Below are positions 13,301 through 28,300 of a stretch of DNA of 64,000 nt, in pieces. The stretch's first letter is position 1. Each line of letters starts with the position of its first letter. Source of the DNA: Phoronis australis (taxonomy: Eukaryota > Animalia > Phoronida); NCBI GenBank assembly GCA_002633005.1, contig NMRA01000026.1, forward strand, positions 676,434 through 740,433. Direction: 5' to 3'. The notes under the pieces are model-generated. The model was not told the origin of the DNA, did no database searches, and saw nothing but the letters and a program-made list of their open reading frames with translations. Made by a program: the position numbers and the translations under genes.

Positions 13301-16300
13301 CATACAAACAGTTATGTTAATTGTTCGCTGCCTTGGCACATCATCTTTATTTTGGGCTTGAAGAGAGCAAATAGTCAACATAATTGCCTAGAATTTTGCA
13401 TGTAGTTGTAAGTCATGGATGTTGTTCAAACACAATAAGTCCTCTGAAATTGACATGCAAGGTCAGTGAAAGTAGTTGTTTGTGAACCCTGCTGTCCTAG
13501 TTGACCTGTGTAAATAAATAAAGACAACTTAACAAAGGGTAAATGGTCTTGGCTGAGAAGATAATTATTTTATTGTCCCCTATGTGTTTGAATAGCCAAG
13601 CCCAGAATGTTTGCTGAAATTCCTTGATATTTGTTGGAGCTACTCGACTGCTTTTATTTGGTGACAAAAATTGTATTTTCTGTGTTGTGGATGTGTATCG
13701 GTTTGTTGACAAGTCTACATTATTACTATTTAGCCAAATAGTTACAAAACTGTAGATATTGACTCGGTAAAAGTATGTTATGCTGAAAGAACAAGGCATG
13801 TAAAATTTATTTTTTGTCTTTTTACCAATCTGTCATTAATCAGGTCATGTGACCGTCGTCTATTTAGTAAAATTTAACGAAAAAGAAGTGTATATTGATA
13901 ACAAAGTAACGGACAGTATCAATAACAGGTTGAAATTTTATTTGAGCTAAGTGTTTAAGATGAGATCTGAAATATCATTTCACTTTAGTATGATGCAACA
14001 GTTAATGAAAATCATTGAGTTCTGTTTTTGATAGCCGCATTTTAAAAGCTATATTCTTAACAGCTTTTGGAGAACAGTGCGTATAGCGTAGTAACTGAAA
14101 GTTTCATGATGAATCCGATAAGCCATTTTTGATATGTGATGTCCTGAAATTAGTCAAACTCAAACTTACAGTTTTCTAACTAATGTTTTTCATAACTTTA
14201 AAGAGTCAGTTGTAGTATTTCTTTAACTCTTACGCACAGTAAAACAAACTTTGGGATTCCTGGAATAAGAAAAACTCCATTTTATCCCCAGTGCAATGGT
14301 ATCCTGGTACTCGTATTTTAGAATATGAAAATTTTGTTAACATTTGGGGACGCCCTGTATATTGTATAAATTTCAGTAAGCTTTAACTTTTAAACAGACC
14401 ATAAGTTGTATTTGTCATATTTTAACAAGGTTTATGTAAAAAAATTCTTTTTATGCAAAATTAAATGTAAAGGAATTGTAGCAGAACTGATCATTTTCAT
14501 TTTTGAAAGGCTTCTATTGTTATTAATGTCCACAGTTTCGCAAAATCATTGTCTGCTGGTAGCCGTGGTGTAGATCTATAAAAATGATATACCATTTATT
14601 TAATGCTACTTATCTTTAAAATTCTTTAATAAATAAAAATACAATTTTGCATGTCCTAAATTCCACTGTTGATTGGCTGCCACTCTCTTCCGCAGGCCTG
14701 AACTTCATGGACAGGACATGCTCCGCCTTCTTTCCGACGTTCTCAATCACTGCACAACTGACGAGGATGCCATCCCAGCATCCATTGCTTTACAGGGCAT
14801 CATATCACTGTGTGAGGTAGAAGTTGTCGATGTCATGACAACATGGCATGTACTGTCCTCGAGCCTGCTCACAGACCAAAGGTAGGTCAAATTCTGCGCT
14901 GGTAGGCAAACTAAGGCAATTCTCCACTTAATTTGCACAACGTAAATTTTTGTTATAGTCAAGGTGTGCTAAATGAAATGAATAATTATGTGGGCTTCGT
15001 TGTTGACGGGTGTGCAAAATTAACCGAGTATCGCCACCTGCCTGTGTAGGAATTTGCTGAAGTACCCCGTACGAGTTGCAAACGTGATGGAATTAATAGC
15101 AATTTAGTTACTTTATTATGTTGTTCTAATATAAGAGCACTTTACCCCATCATTGGTGAAACACTCATTTGAGGCCATTTGAATCTTAGTCACTCCTTTC
15201 ACCTCATGATTACAACAACAACAACATGTGATATTTGTTGTGCGTGGATGAATTAAGTGGTGAATACATAATGCTCAGACCTCATGAACGCTGTTAAAGA
15301 GGTGTGTATTTACTAGTTTAATGACTGAGCTTTTGCATCTTTGATATCTTCTGAAGTGCAAACCTGAGCATGTGTGAATTAGGCGAGGCAAGAAGTTTCC
15401 ATCAAGTAGCCTCATGCGAAATAAGTGAGGGACAAAATATCCCTTTACGAATAATTTTGGGTGTGCAAAATGAGGTGAGTGAGAAATATATGGAGAATTA
15501 CTGTAGATGGGGTTTGGTTTATCCGAGTTCTCATGGCCGCTTGTAGCCACTAGTCACGGTTCTGCACAGAGTAATGGAGATGTGGGTGCGTCTGCGTTTT
15601 AGAAAATATCCTCACAATAGACCTTGTGCTAAGCATGATGCAAGGTGGGTCTCACTTTCCTTGATGTTGTGGTGTTGCCCTGATACTGCTTAGTATGAAT
15701 TTGCCTGAATTTTGTAAGACCTCGTGCTGGTTTTCAATGTGAAGGCTATAGACCTCGGGCGAAGTTGTGTAACACAATGAGGATTTTGTGGCGCTCTTCT
15801 GCTATGTTTGGATAGCTGCAAGTGGTCTATTTTGCATACCGAATGGAATTTCAATTTGTTCATACCGTAGTCCATAATTTTCAGTTTAACTGCTGTGCGA
15901 GTGTAGTTATGTCTATTAAGCGTATCTAGGACCACAATAAACGACCTCAAATCTAGGGATTTTGCTTTTAAATAGCTAGTTTTCGCATATCAAGTGATAT
16001 ACAAATTAATAAGACTGCTACTTTTTACAAAAATGCCTTGTGTTTTGCGAGTTAATTAGGCATAAAACCTGAACTAAAAGAATAATGAAAAACTCCTAAC
16101 ACCGTTTTCGTTTAAAAAAGTTTTACTAAAATTGGCGAGGGGGGGGGGTTATTTTGGAATAGATGTACCTTTCTTGCACATGAAAACTTGACTTAAAAAA
16201 CACGGTCACGTGACCATAATAAAGATACAGTAGTAAGAAACATATTTTTAGAATCCTCGATCTTTCTCCTCTCAGAAAGTATACACTTTTTACATATTTG

Positions 16301-19300
16301 ACTTGAGGTCGTTTTTTAAGGTCCTAGAAAACTCCAAAAGAACTATGCATTTCCTCCCTTTAGGTGTCCAGTTGAAAATGGCAAATTAATGCAATCAAAC
16401 TGGACTCAAAATTGTCCTTACCGTGATAGGGACTTATTTCAGTCTCTAGGAGGAATTGAGAAAGTATCCGCAAGGGAAACTATGCAACTCAAGCTTTCAA
16501 AAGCGATGGAGTTTGACACGACTGGGTTTTACTCGGTGAAGCCTTGGATTATCTATTTTAGGACAAAATTCATTTCCTGTTATGGATGGAAACATTTGCG
16601 GTGTATTCTGTGCAACTGTGCAAATTAAGCTGTCAGTTGGAAGGGGATGCCCCTTTAAGAGTTGGCAATTTACACAATGTCGATGATGCAATTTGTTTTA
16701 CGATAGTGATTGGTCCTGGCATAGACACAGCTTGTTTTGTCACTGCCCACTGTTGGATTTTTCATACCGTTTCATTGCAGGTCACTTGTTCTACAAGCGA
16801 TGTGTTCGTTATGTGGTCTTGTTCCTCAGTTGAAGGTGGAAACACCCGACTATGAGGTAATTACATGATCTTGGCAACGGGCAGTTAAATTATTTGATGA
16901 ATTGTGAAAGATTGACACTTACGTTAAGCATGTTACAAAATATTTTCACCGAGTCTTCCGTTTTTAAATTTGATCTCTTGTTTTTTCTGCATTAAAAAAT
17001 GAAATTTGTTTTAGGTGATTCAAATTTGTAAATTTAAAGTTTAATTTGCTGGTTTTGTTTATTAAAACATCACATTTTTTTAGAATTTAGGCTTGCATAG
17101 GATTCCACTTGTTTCCTTTTATGGTGACTTAGCACAATTTTGCTTGCATTTTAGGAGTTTACTAACCAAATACTAGATGCCCTTTGGGCACAGTCTGTGA
17201 GTCCAGACCCTTCTGTTGCTATCAGTGCATTCCGGAACCTAGCCAAGTTTCCGCATGAGTTGTTCAGAATAACTCATTTGCCTCAGCAGGTACGCTCTCT
17301 TATTGCTGTTTAGTGATTAGCCTAAAGCTTCCAATATTCTGGACGGTCTTTTCAGTTTGAGACACTGAAGCGTTAATTTCTTATCAAAGAACTTATTCCG
17401 TTATAAGGCGAACATATGATTTAGACTACTTGCCGCTATGAAATTGGTCTCGGCTTTTTTTATGATATGTGATTTTTGATTTTGTAAAGAACTGGCAGTG
17501 AATTAAATGACATGCTGTGACAAGACCAAGTGTTTTCGATATTCTGAACAAAACCAAAATATAATAAAACTAAATATTGCAGTTGTTTTCATTCATTCAT
17601 TTGTTCATTAAATCATTTTCTCATAATTCAACTCTGGCTGATGTCTCCATCGTGGTCTAAGTTAGCATCTTGACAACTTCAATAATATAGTGTAAGAGGC
17701 TCTTTTCACAATTAACATAATTAGCATCAGTCAATCTCAATGACTAGTGCGCAATTCCTTGTGTCCATGTTGCGAGACCCCTAGTGGTCAGTTCCACATG
17801 CTGTTGCAGGTACAAGAGACAGTGAACCAAGCTGCAGATGAGCCGTATGAGGTAACAGTGCCTGGTCACAGTTACATTAAACTTCTGTCTACTGTGGCAC
17901 CTCAAGTGGCCCCAGGTATTTATATAGTAAACTCGCAACAATTTTGGACAAAAATAATTGCCAAAATTGCCTTTTTTCAGTTTTGAAAGGCATCTAACAA
18001 TGCAGCAAATGCCCGAAAACTTTCAAAATATTGTCCAGTGGTAGCTATGGTACACAGTTTTAATATGGAAAGGGTTGATTTTATGAAAATTAAGAATTTA
18101 AATTTCTCTTTTTGGACATATTGTGTCCTAATTGGCGTTGTTGTACAACTGTAGATTGAATTTCAATAGAATGTACCAACCTTGTTCGCCGTCCTGTTGT
18201 GTGGAACAGTCCCAACAGAGACTCGACATATGCCCCAAAATTTTCAGTGCATTTGTGGACTTTGTATACAAACTCTCTCCTTTCTTGTGCTATTTTATTA
18301 TCATTGTTACGCCTAGTTTAAAATTTGACACATACTGTGATTAAAGCCTACCTTGAGTTTCTAATACAGTAACTATTCAAAATAAATGGGGACCTTTTCA
18401 TGTAATGTCCTTAGGGCTCAGTTTTCAGATACCTTTTTATTTATTGAAAAATGCTGTATGCAAAAGAAAAGCTCACAACAATGATAATTTAAAAGTATTA
18501 GAAAAATATGGCATCAGTGAGTAAACTAAGTCACTCTACGAAAGCAATGAAAATTCAGTGAACACAGTTGGAACACGCAGCTGAAGTCAAATGGAATTAG
18601 GAATGACGTGATTTTTGTGCTTTCTGTGGGAGAGGTCAAAACTCAGTAGGCGGCATGCAACAGTGAAATGTTTGCTTCCTCTTGAACTGTTCATTCATGT
18701 GGTCACATGGAAGCCCTGTAACATGAACACCGTCACACTTGTGAACAACTTTCAAGCGATTACCATTTCTTTGTTAATGAGTCCAATTAGCGATCTTGTG
18801 AGTTACCTTACAAAATTAAATTGCTATTTCTCCTTGTTGTGCTCTAATTTGAAGAACATTTATCTGAAGTTTCAGTCAGAAAAATTTGTTTGCAATCGCC
18901 TTGTTCACATGTAGGCTGTCAAGATCTAGTGTCGTCTATTATCGAACGTGAAGTTAAGGAACTACCGAGGTCAGTGTTGCGTCCGAGTGATGCCCCGCCC
19001 ACACATGGTCAGGTGGACAAGAGTCTGACTGAGATACCATCAGTCGTCTCACGTTTGTACAGAGGTAACCAGCATCCAGACATGCAGCAGTATATTGCAG
19101 GTACACAGCACTGAAGTAAACTATTATATGGGTCCTCAGTAGCTCATTGTTGAGAGCACCAGACCGACAATCTAGAGACCTGTGGTTGATTCCCGGTTGG
19201 GGATCCTGATTTTTCTGTTTGTTTGGTATATTTCACTATTGGCCAATGTCAGTGTCTATATGTTTACTAATTCTAGTAAGATACACCATTCCTTGTTGTC

Positions 19301-22300
19301 ACGAGTTGGGTTGCATTCAACAATCAGGCTAGTGTCTTTCCAGTTTAGTGTAAATGCAAATTTTTTCTTGTGCATGGTAAGTAACCAGCCTTACTGAAGC
19401 TCTTGCTGGTGAAATGGCCGCCGCAGAAAAGTTATTGCCTGGGTACACTGAGTTTTGAATAATGAAAGTACAGTACTCTCCAAAAGTATTCGGACAAAAG
19501 GACCCAGAATTCCCCGTCACGATGGTTGGGCCAAATTCAAAGTCAGAGTAGTCTCCCCTCGTGACTGATAATGAATGGGGTGGAACGTTAGTACGATGTC
19601 GTTTTTATTGTTAACGGAATTAACTGTCATGATAAGGAAGCGATATTTTGTCTGGCTAAATTTGTCTTGTACTGTAAATGATAAACATCATGTATACTTA
19701 TGCTCCCTATGAGCTAGTCAAGATATTTGTATTGCTATAATTAATTCTCTCTGACCGCTGAACGTGCTGCACTTCTTAGCAACTGGGTAGTTCTTAGTGA
19801 CCGGATCGTTTCGTTAGAGTTTCACTCCGCCATCTTGAGATTGTAGGCCCACCTACAAGTTGCGGAATACGGGGAAGCATTGCATTAGGAATGTTGTACA
19901 AACAGTGACCGTGAACATGAGATTTGCTCCTGATCGGAGACCTAACAAAAATTCTGATCTTGTAAACCTCATGGAAAATGAAGAAGAGATAGAAACCCGT
20001 GTAATGTTCAAGTAACATGTCATTAAAAAAATCTCAAGTTGCAAGCCGTGTACTCTTTACTCATGAAAGTTACTACGGGAATTTTTCAATCGTTGCCAAA
20101 ATTGCCATTTTTCTGTTTTTCAGCAGCTGATTACCTTTCTACCTTTCTGCAAACAATGGAAACTAATGTTGTTTAATGACATCAATATAGTACAGACCAA
20201 CCTAGTAAATAATTCAGTAAGATTCTCTTGATCTTTTTTTGTTAAGAAGTTTGATTAGAAATTAAATTTCTCTTATCCAACATAATATCAACTTAATTGG
20301 TGAAGAAATACGGTACGTGATTTTTTACTTTTTGTGGTAAAGTAACTTGGAAAAAACAAGAACTCAATCTGATTGGGAACTTTGTTGGATCGTTAATGAT
20401 TAACATGTCTTGTTCTAGTTTCTCTGTTGTTGACCTTTAATCCTGCTGTCGAAAAGACTCGTGATGGCAAACCGCGTCGACAGAACCTCGTGACACGTGC
20501 TAGGACATTCAGGGAGGTTGCAGCGATGGCGATACAGCAGGTGGGTAGTTCTGACCAGGTTAATCTTTAGTTTGAGACAATGATAGCGGGCTGAAGTTAT
20601 ACCTTTGCCATAATTTATGCATATTATGCTTCGTTTGACTTTTATTTACAGAGTAACTCTCGTTTGCTTATATTTTAGAACTGTCAGTTCTTCCAATGCC
20701 AAGGAATCAATCATTTAATGCTAGTATAGAAGAAATTAAGACCAAACTAACTGTAGTGTCCTCAACGAAAATTATTTTTTTTCACATGAGGTCAGTGCCA
20801 GCGTATAATGGTCGAAAATAGAGATTTTAAGTCAGTCTGTGAAAGTACTGTATATTTGCTGAAAGTACAAATCTGTAATCTGATTATCGACTAGTCTATG
20901 TATCATGTCTTTTTAGTATAATTTAGCAAACCAATGATATATTGATAGCAAAACCTGGGTATTAAGAACATGATCAAATTTAAATTTTGTTTACGATGAA
21001 ATCGCAAAAATACTGTTGCAGTTTTCTAAATTATCGTTTCGTTTTACGAAATTTTTATGTTTTTTGTGAAAACGATAATATTTTTATATGCTTTCGTACA
21101 AAAGTGTAACATATAAAAAAAAAACAATTCCTAATAGTGGGTCCTATGTAACCTTAATTTTCGATCCTCGGGCACTGCTTTAACATACCTGTTTTGTGTT
21201 TCAGGTTCCGTTTGAGAGAATTATTGCAACGCGTTTGTCATTGTCATGGCGTTTGTTCATAGAGCGTCTTTACAGTGCCTGCGTGGATGGATACGAAGCA
21301 GGGCTGGAGTTACAGGTGCAGGCGGGCAAACTGGACGCAAAGTCCAAAGATCAGCTACAGGGCCGAAGTTGGTTTTACGCACGTGACAGTATTACACAAC
21401 TCATCACGTCAACTGCAGTCATTGGTGGACCTCTGGCTCAAGCTAATGCTTTGCTGGTATGTACTGTGAACCCTACGGACTAAATTGCCTTTTTATGTGC
21501 CTATAAATTTATATGTGGACACATTATGCGTCATCCGCGTCTGGCGTCTGTTCGGCGTCCGTCCAGCATCCGTCCGGCGTCCGATGCTTTATCTCCAAAA
21601 CCCTTTCAGGTACGTTCATGAAATTTTGCATGTGTTCATTTCATGGATGGGACGGCATGAGCGAACTTTCGGATGGATCCGATTACTGGTGTCCCCTAGT
21701 GGCAATTTTAGTTTTTTTACATGTGTATCTTCAAAGGTCCTCAGGGCTGTTCCAGTAAAATCTGTATGGGAGGGGGGAAGGCACCTTTTTTTCGCACCCA
21801 CCATCCATATTTTTCAGCCTACCACCCGTAAGTTTGATATGCAACCGTAATTTTTTTTTGTTCTTGTGGTTGACTGCACAGGCGCTTGAGTTTATCTGTT
21901 CCTCCATCACAACTAACGTCATTCATTACTACGAAAACATATGTTTCTTATATATGGTTATTAGCCATCGAAAAATTCGAGTGCCTGTAGTTGACTGGTG
22001 TTATGGGCATGCTGGTGGGGAGATCGGAGGGAGTGAAAAAGTCGGAGCCTTTTGCAAGTTGCATTTTTGTTTCCGTTTTTGATTCTGTGCGGATTGTTTA
22101 TAAAATTTACTAAAGTTACCCACCATCAACAACGACCTGTAAATTTTTATTATTTTTTTGAAGTACGACCACCAGCCATTTTGAATGTAAATCAAACGCA
22201 ACCACCCATAAATTTTTGTTTCAGTTGCCTTCCCCCCCACACAGATTTTGCTGGAACAGCCCTCACGGGATTTTCATAAAATATGGCATATTGGCATCTA

Positions 22301-25300
22301 TTAGTGAGATGACACTATCCTCCCGTTTTCGGATGGATCTGACGTAGTTTGTGCCACCTAAATGTGTGAAAACCTCTTTCAAACACAACTCTGTGTTAGG
22401 GTTTTATGTGGGTTTATTCTAGAGATCTACAAGATACAACTATTCACTATGCTGTCTAACTCTCCACTGAAAACTTGTTTGTCAGAACTAAAGATCATAT
22501 GCTCATGAGTCATAATCAGATTTCAGAGAATTGTTTTGCACAACTTACACAATCTATGATTCTAGCTACCAGTGCCATATAAGGTTATGTTTTGAACTCT
22601 GCAATTCTATTGAAAACCACGAACATAACACTAATGGCCATTTTTACTGTTTTTTTTGGCGTCCACCTCTCTATCAACCAAACCGCTCTAAGGATGATTG
22701 TGAAAATTGGCATGTATATTCTTACTATGAAGAGGGCGGCTGACGATGAGTTTCCGATGACTTCGATTATTGTGGCGCCTCCTAGTGGCTGTTTTTTGTG
22801 CCCATGGCTGTATCTCCTAAACTGTTTGCGGGATCTTTTAAATTACTAAACTTAGCAAGTATATTTATATGATGAAAACAACGGAAGATGACGACTTTTG
22901 GACGGATCCGACTACAGGTGTGCCCCCTGGTGGAAATTTTAGTTTTTTACGTTTACCTCTGTATCTTCAAATATCCTCAGCAGATCTATTGGTGAGATGT
23001 CGCTATCCTTTCATTTTCAGATGGAATCGGGATATTTTGCACCACCTAGTGGCCATTTTTACCCCTCTATCAACCAAATCATTCTAAGTAATTGATTTTG
23101 AAAATTGGCAAATATGTTCTCAGTGTGAAGAGGACGGTTGACGATGGCGACTTCAACTACTGTGGCGCCTCCTAGTGGTAGTTTTGTTTTGCAACCATAG
23201 CTGTATCTCCTAAACCCACTGCAGAATCTTTATTAAATTCAGTAAGTGTATTTATATGAAGCTAACAACAGACAACGACGATGACTTTCAGGCAGATCCA
23301 ACAAACGCTGTGCCCCCTAGTGGCAATTTCATTTTTTTTTTCATTTTAAATTTGTTTCTATGAAGTTCCTTGACAGATTTTTATGAAACTTGGTAAATGG
23401 CAATAGAATGTTCCCGTTTTCGGATGGACGTTTTTGCGCCATCTATTGGCCATTTTTATGATACAAATGAACAACCCTAGAAGCACACCATTAACAGTGC
23501 GTTCGTGGGTGCATTTCAACGCTCCACGTTGCTCTTGTTCATTTTTCATTAGGGCTTCTAAGATGTTTGTGAATATCCACTATTTTATTTCAAGCTGCGG
23601 TTTAATTTTAGCTACGGTACTAAGTGGCCAAAATGTTACTTAGGTTTTTTATTTTTTTAAGTACAAAAATGATGTAAAACTTGGCTGATGTTTTATCTAT
23701 TGGTCAGTTTTTAGGGTAAAAAGTCCTAGAATTTTGAGTTGTTTCTGGATTTTACAGATTTGCAAAGTCCATTTTTTGAAAATTTTTATTGGCTAAGTAA
23801 AAGGAAATGGAGAGGTGCCAAAATGTCATACTACGCTTTAAGTGCTCTTCTGCTTATGAATTAGTAACTGACAAAGAAAGTAAAACATACGAGGCCAATG
23901 AGGCTGGGCTCTTCCATTGTCCTGTCACTCTGAACAGCGCAAAATACAGACTGTATATTTCCTAGGCTCTGTGCGCTCTTTGTGGACACTTGATTGACCG
24001 TTCCCCGTCAGCCAGGGGACAGCAGGACCCAGCAGACGGCAGCTTCCAGAGCATGGCACAGTGGAGCGCTGCGGTCCTTCATACTGCGTTGTCGTTTGTT
24101 GATCAACAGTTTTGCTGTGAAGATGCTATGGATCTCAATCAAAAGGTAGGATATTCGTACAATCAAAAGTTCAACAAATTTTTAATGTCCGTTTGTCACG
24201 ACCTCAGTTGTCAGTCACATAACTTCTATGCCTTACGGATGAGAACACAAATAAGCACTGCACACAACAAGAAAAAGGGTTAAGAGTCTTGCCCAAATGT
24301 ATACAATGCATACACTTAAAGCTCCTTTTCTCTCTTCAGCTGACTAAAAAACTAAAATCAAATTAGGCCTTTTACGCTCATGAAATCTGTCTCTTAAAAT
24401 TCCTTACTGTGATAGGATTCCATTTCCGTGACATCAAAACAAGGAGCGACTCGAGAAAACTCTAATAAGAGTTTACTGGAGTTGGACACCCCTAAATTGC
24501 AGATTGGAAATGATGCATGTAAGCATTGCATGTGAGTTGAGTGGCAAATGCAGTAAGTAGCGCTGTATTTCTGTTTTATGTATCCTACAGATTGAGCCAT
24601 CTTAAAACTAATTAATTACATCATCTAGCTGTTTTAATTGCAACTTTTTATGATGATGTGTTTTTTAATTTATGGAGAAAATAATGCAAAACTGTATCTC
24701 ACACGGGGGACGTTTTTGATTTTGGACGTCTTGAGCGTAATTACATATAATGGGAGTTGTACAAGTTGTTACAAGCCATTAAATGTTTTCATCAGAAATC
24801 AATAACGCTGGCCAGATAATCTGAGCACATCCCAACAATAGTTTATGGCACTCTGTTGCTGCGCGTGTGACGCAGGAATATTGCGCTCAAATTTACTACC
24901 AATGTGTGCAGAATGGTGATGATTTGGTTACTTTGTCATAATCAGCTAGTCCATGAGAGTTCCACTGGCTTCATTGTGTTGTACTGGTGTTCCTCACATA
25001 GTGGTCTGCCAATTGGAATGTTGTTTGTATTACGATGTATACTCAGTCAACACTTTTAATTATTTAACTAAGATAGCTTCTGTTGTCAGTGCTGAGCGTG
25101 GGGGTGCTTAACACCTTCACATCACGGTCACACCACGGACTCATCACATTCACACTCCTTCACAATCTCGGGGTCAACACGGACAACAAGGGATAGGAGA
25201 TAATTAATTGAGAAGGTCATTATTGAGATTGCTTGGTGTGTAGATTTGATTAATTGATAAACAGTTGCATGAGAATACATTACGATGAGAAAAGCACAGA

Positions 25301-28300
25301 TTAAATAGCAAGTTGGAGCTGAGATCGGAGATTGGATCTTGGGCCTATATAGAAGTAGGCAGGTAGCCTGCTGCCCATGTCAACGCAACAAATGTGCCAT
25401 GGTCATAAGGCCGGTCCTATCGCACGGATCACCTGTTTATGACTTTTCATGACCCCTCGGTGTCCTGTTTCTCAGAGGTAAAGTCTTCCAATTTACTTGT
25501 TTGCGTCTCACAACTTGTTGGTTAACTCGTACATTTTGTTCTCTAGCAGCCTTCAATCCTCGCTTGTAACTGTCACGTCTCTCGTGTGATAGCCCACTTT
25601 TCTGTAAAAAACTTGCCGAAATTTTTTGTTGCTTGCACAATAGATAATGAAGTTAAATGTGTACGTGAACAGCTCCAGACAGTTCACCACAAGTCTATAC
25701 GTTCTATATTGCGTGGAACTGAGCGTCTCATCTTGAAAGAGAGGCCGTGCAATAGAGGGCGACGCAAACACTATGGGGATATTGCCCAGCAAGAAAATCA
25801 CGATTACAATGAGGACCATCATTGCAAGCCTGCGATGCATCTGTTCTCGTTTTATTCGCACGTGATTTTGAAATCTTACGAGATCTTCGGCTGGTTGCGT
25901 CCTACTTACTTGATGTATCAACAAAACACTCAGAATGATCAAGGCAATTGAGGAGGCGTAGTTTCCAAATGTGGCTTTGACCCAAGAGTTGGATTTATCC
26001 AAGTAATACATTACGTCTCCCGCGGAATATTTTGGTTGAATTTCGTTGCAGTCGTTTATTTCATAGGACATAATGTATCCACTGTTGATCAGGATGGACG
26101 CCATAGCCAAAATGACAATAACGCGACGAGCAGTTTGTCGCGTGCATAGTATCTTGCTCCTTATTGGATACTTGATGTAGACATAGCGCTCAACTGCCAG
26201 GGTCACCGTTAACCAAACACTCAGTGTTCCAGACATGTTGTTTAGCGGCAGATAAATGTAAATCTCGTAGAACCGTCGCCAGTAGTATGTCTGCTGCAAT
26301 CCGTGACACTCGGTACACCGAGAAACACCGATACACGATCCAATTGCAAGGGTTATCGTGTCAGAGACGGCCAGCATTCGTAGATAGGTATAGGTGGACA
26401 GGCGGAAGGACTTGTGAGAGAGCACAATCAGGTTAAGAATGTTGAATGCAATTCCAAGGGCGCAAGCACTTGGAAAGATGTAAACATACAATATGTTTTC
26501 CTCGTAGAGGGTTATGTCAGTGTAATTACATGTTGATTCGTTGTACACTGACCTATTGTCTGCCGTGTCCAGCATACTTCTTAGCTCAGCAAACGTCCTG
26601 TTACATCTGGTCAGCCATGATGGTCCCAGCTCCACTGGTGTCTGCTACGTATGTCATTCAACGTTCACTCATTTGTTTTACACGGTTGTCGCATTGGCGC
26701 GACAATTCTACACTTCTTATGTTTCCTGCAACAGCACATCAACTTGTTACACTATGGTTCAGATGAAAATAACTCTTTCGTCAAATGATACGCATAAACA
26801 CATTTTGATGACACATTGGTCACGAGTATCTCCAATAGTCACATGAATTGTTACCAGGCATAAGATAAAGCCTGATGGTTTAATCGCATACTTGGCTGAG
26901 ATAAAACATCTATGTGATAGAGATTATTATATCATTGTTAGAATTATTCTATTCTGTACGAGAAAATTTTAAAAATTTCATTTTTTTTCATACTGGGGTC
27001 TCTGTAGTAGTGTGTATAGGATTCCATTCAGAAACGAATGAATGGAAAAAATTATGCAAATGCATATCAGCCTCTCTCCATGTTCTTTGCTCCTGTGACG
27101 TGGGAGGTCTTTGTTCTCGCCATATCTCATGAGAGGATTGGTCGACAAAACAGAAGAAGCTTAATATGTAACCATAGTCTTTGTTGGGAGGGGGCGCTGT
27201 TGTGTCAAACAATTCTTTTGTCTTGTATCTCTGATATAAGGAGACCTGCAACTGTGATGTCTCATTTATTGGTCTTAGAATTGAATCTCATGCATTTGTT
27301 TACAGTAATTAATACATGTATATCACACAACATGGCAGACAATTGGAATTTTGTTCATGTGAAATTACTTCTCTGTCGACAAAATAATAGCTAATAGTAA
27401 TAAAATTTTGCTCTGTTATTAGCATAATGTACATGACGTCCCAAAAATGTGCTCATGCTTTAATACAACATCGGGAGTTCAAATTAAGTTGACTCTTTTG
27501 CCAGACATACTGTATAGTTATACCATTTTGTGAAAGTAAGCATGTGAGCCATCACATGCTCTGTATGCACGTACGGAAATGGCTAGCAGACAACTCGAAT
27601 TTTGGAGAAAGAAATTTTTTTGCGTAATGACTGAAAATTTATAAAAAATCATGGATATGCGAAGACAATTAATCTTCTTCACAAAATAATAAACAACGTA
27701 TTTATTTTGCTTAATAGGCTCGATTCTTTTTTGATTACCTCTTTAACTCTTTAATGTAGTTAAAGCCAGTAATTTTGCTCCTAAGCCACTTGAAGTATCA
27801 GTGCATTTTTGGAACACCCTGTAACTTCGTCAGGCAAGTATTACACTAACAGGATTTACCTGCAAGTGGAAGAGTATCTACGGAAGTCCTCCGCACATCA
27901 AAGGCTTGGTGGCGCCACCACTGATTGAAGTAAGCTAGTCGCTATTCACGGGCTTGTCTGAACATGCTGCATGAGATAATTGTGGTCGTAAACCAACATG
28001 CTTGTTTAGCGTACGAGTTTCAAAGTGAAAAAACAAAGAATCAGTGATGCAAGTGACCAGCATGACTGTTTTTAAAATTGAAAAGGAAATAGTGGATGTC
28101 TTTGAATTTTTAAAATTGATGCGTTATTAGAGAAATTAGCGAGTAGGTTTTTTTTCGGCATTGTGGCCAGGAGTATTAATTTGTGAATCGGTCAGGACTG
28201 GTTAGTCACAGTCTGGCTTGGGCTCGCTTCGGCGTTGAGGTAGCAGAACCCCAAATGTTGGCGAAGGATTTATCTCATGCTTGGAGTCAATAACTGTTAC

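Noticed and set aside
19130-19206. Functional tRNA gene
   Set aside because: The T-loop lacks GTTC and the anticodon arm pairs poorly; a SINE head or pseudogene fits better.
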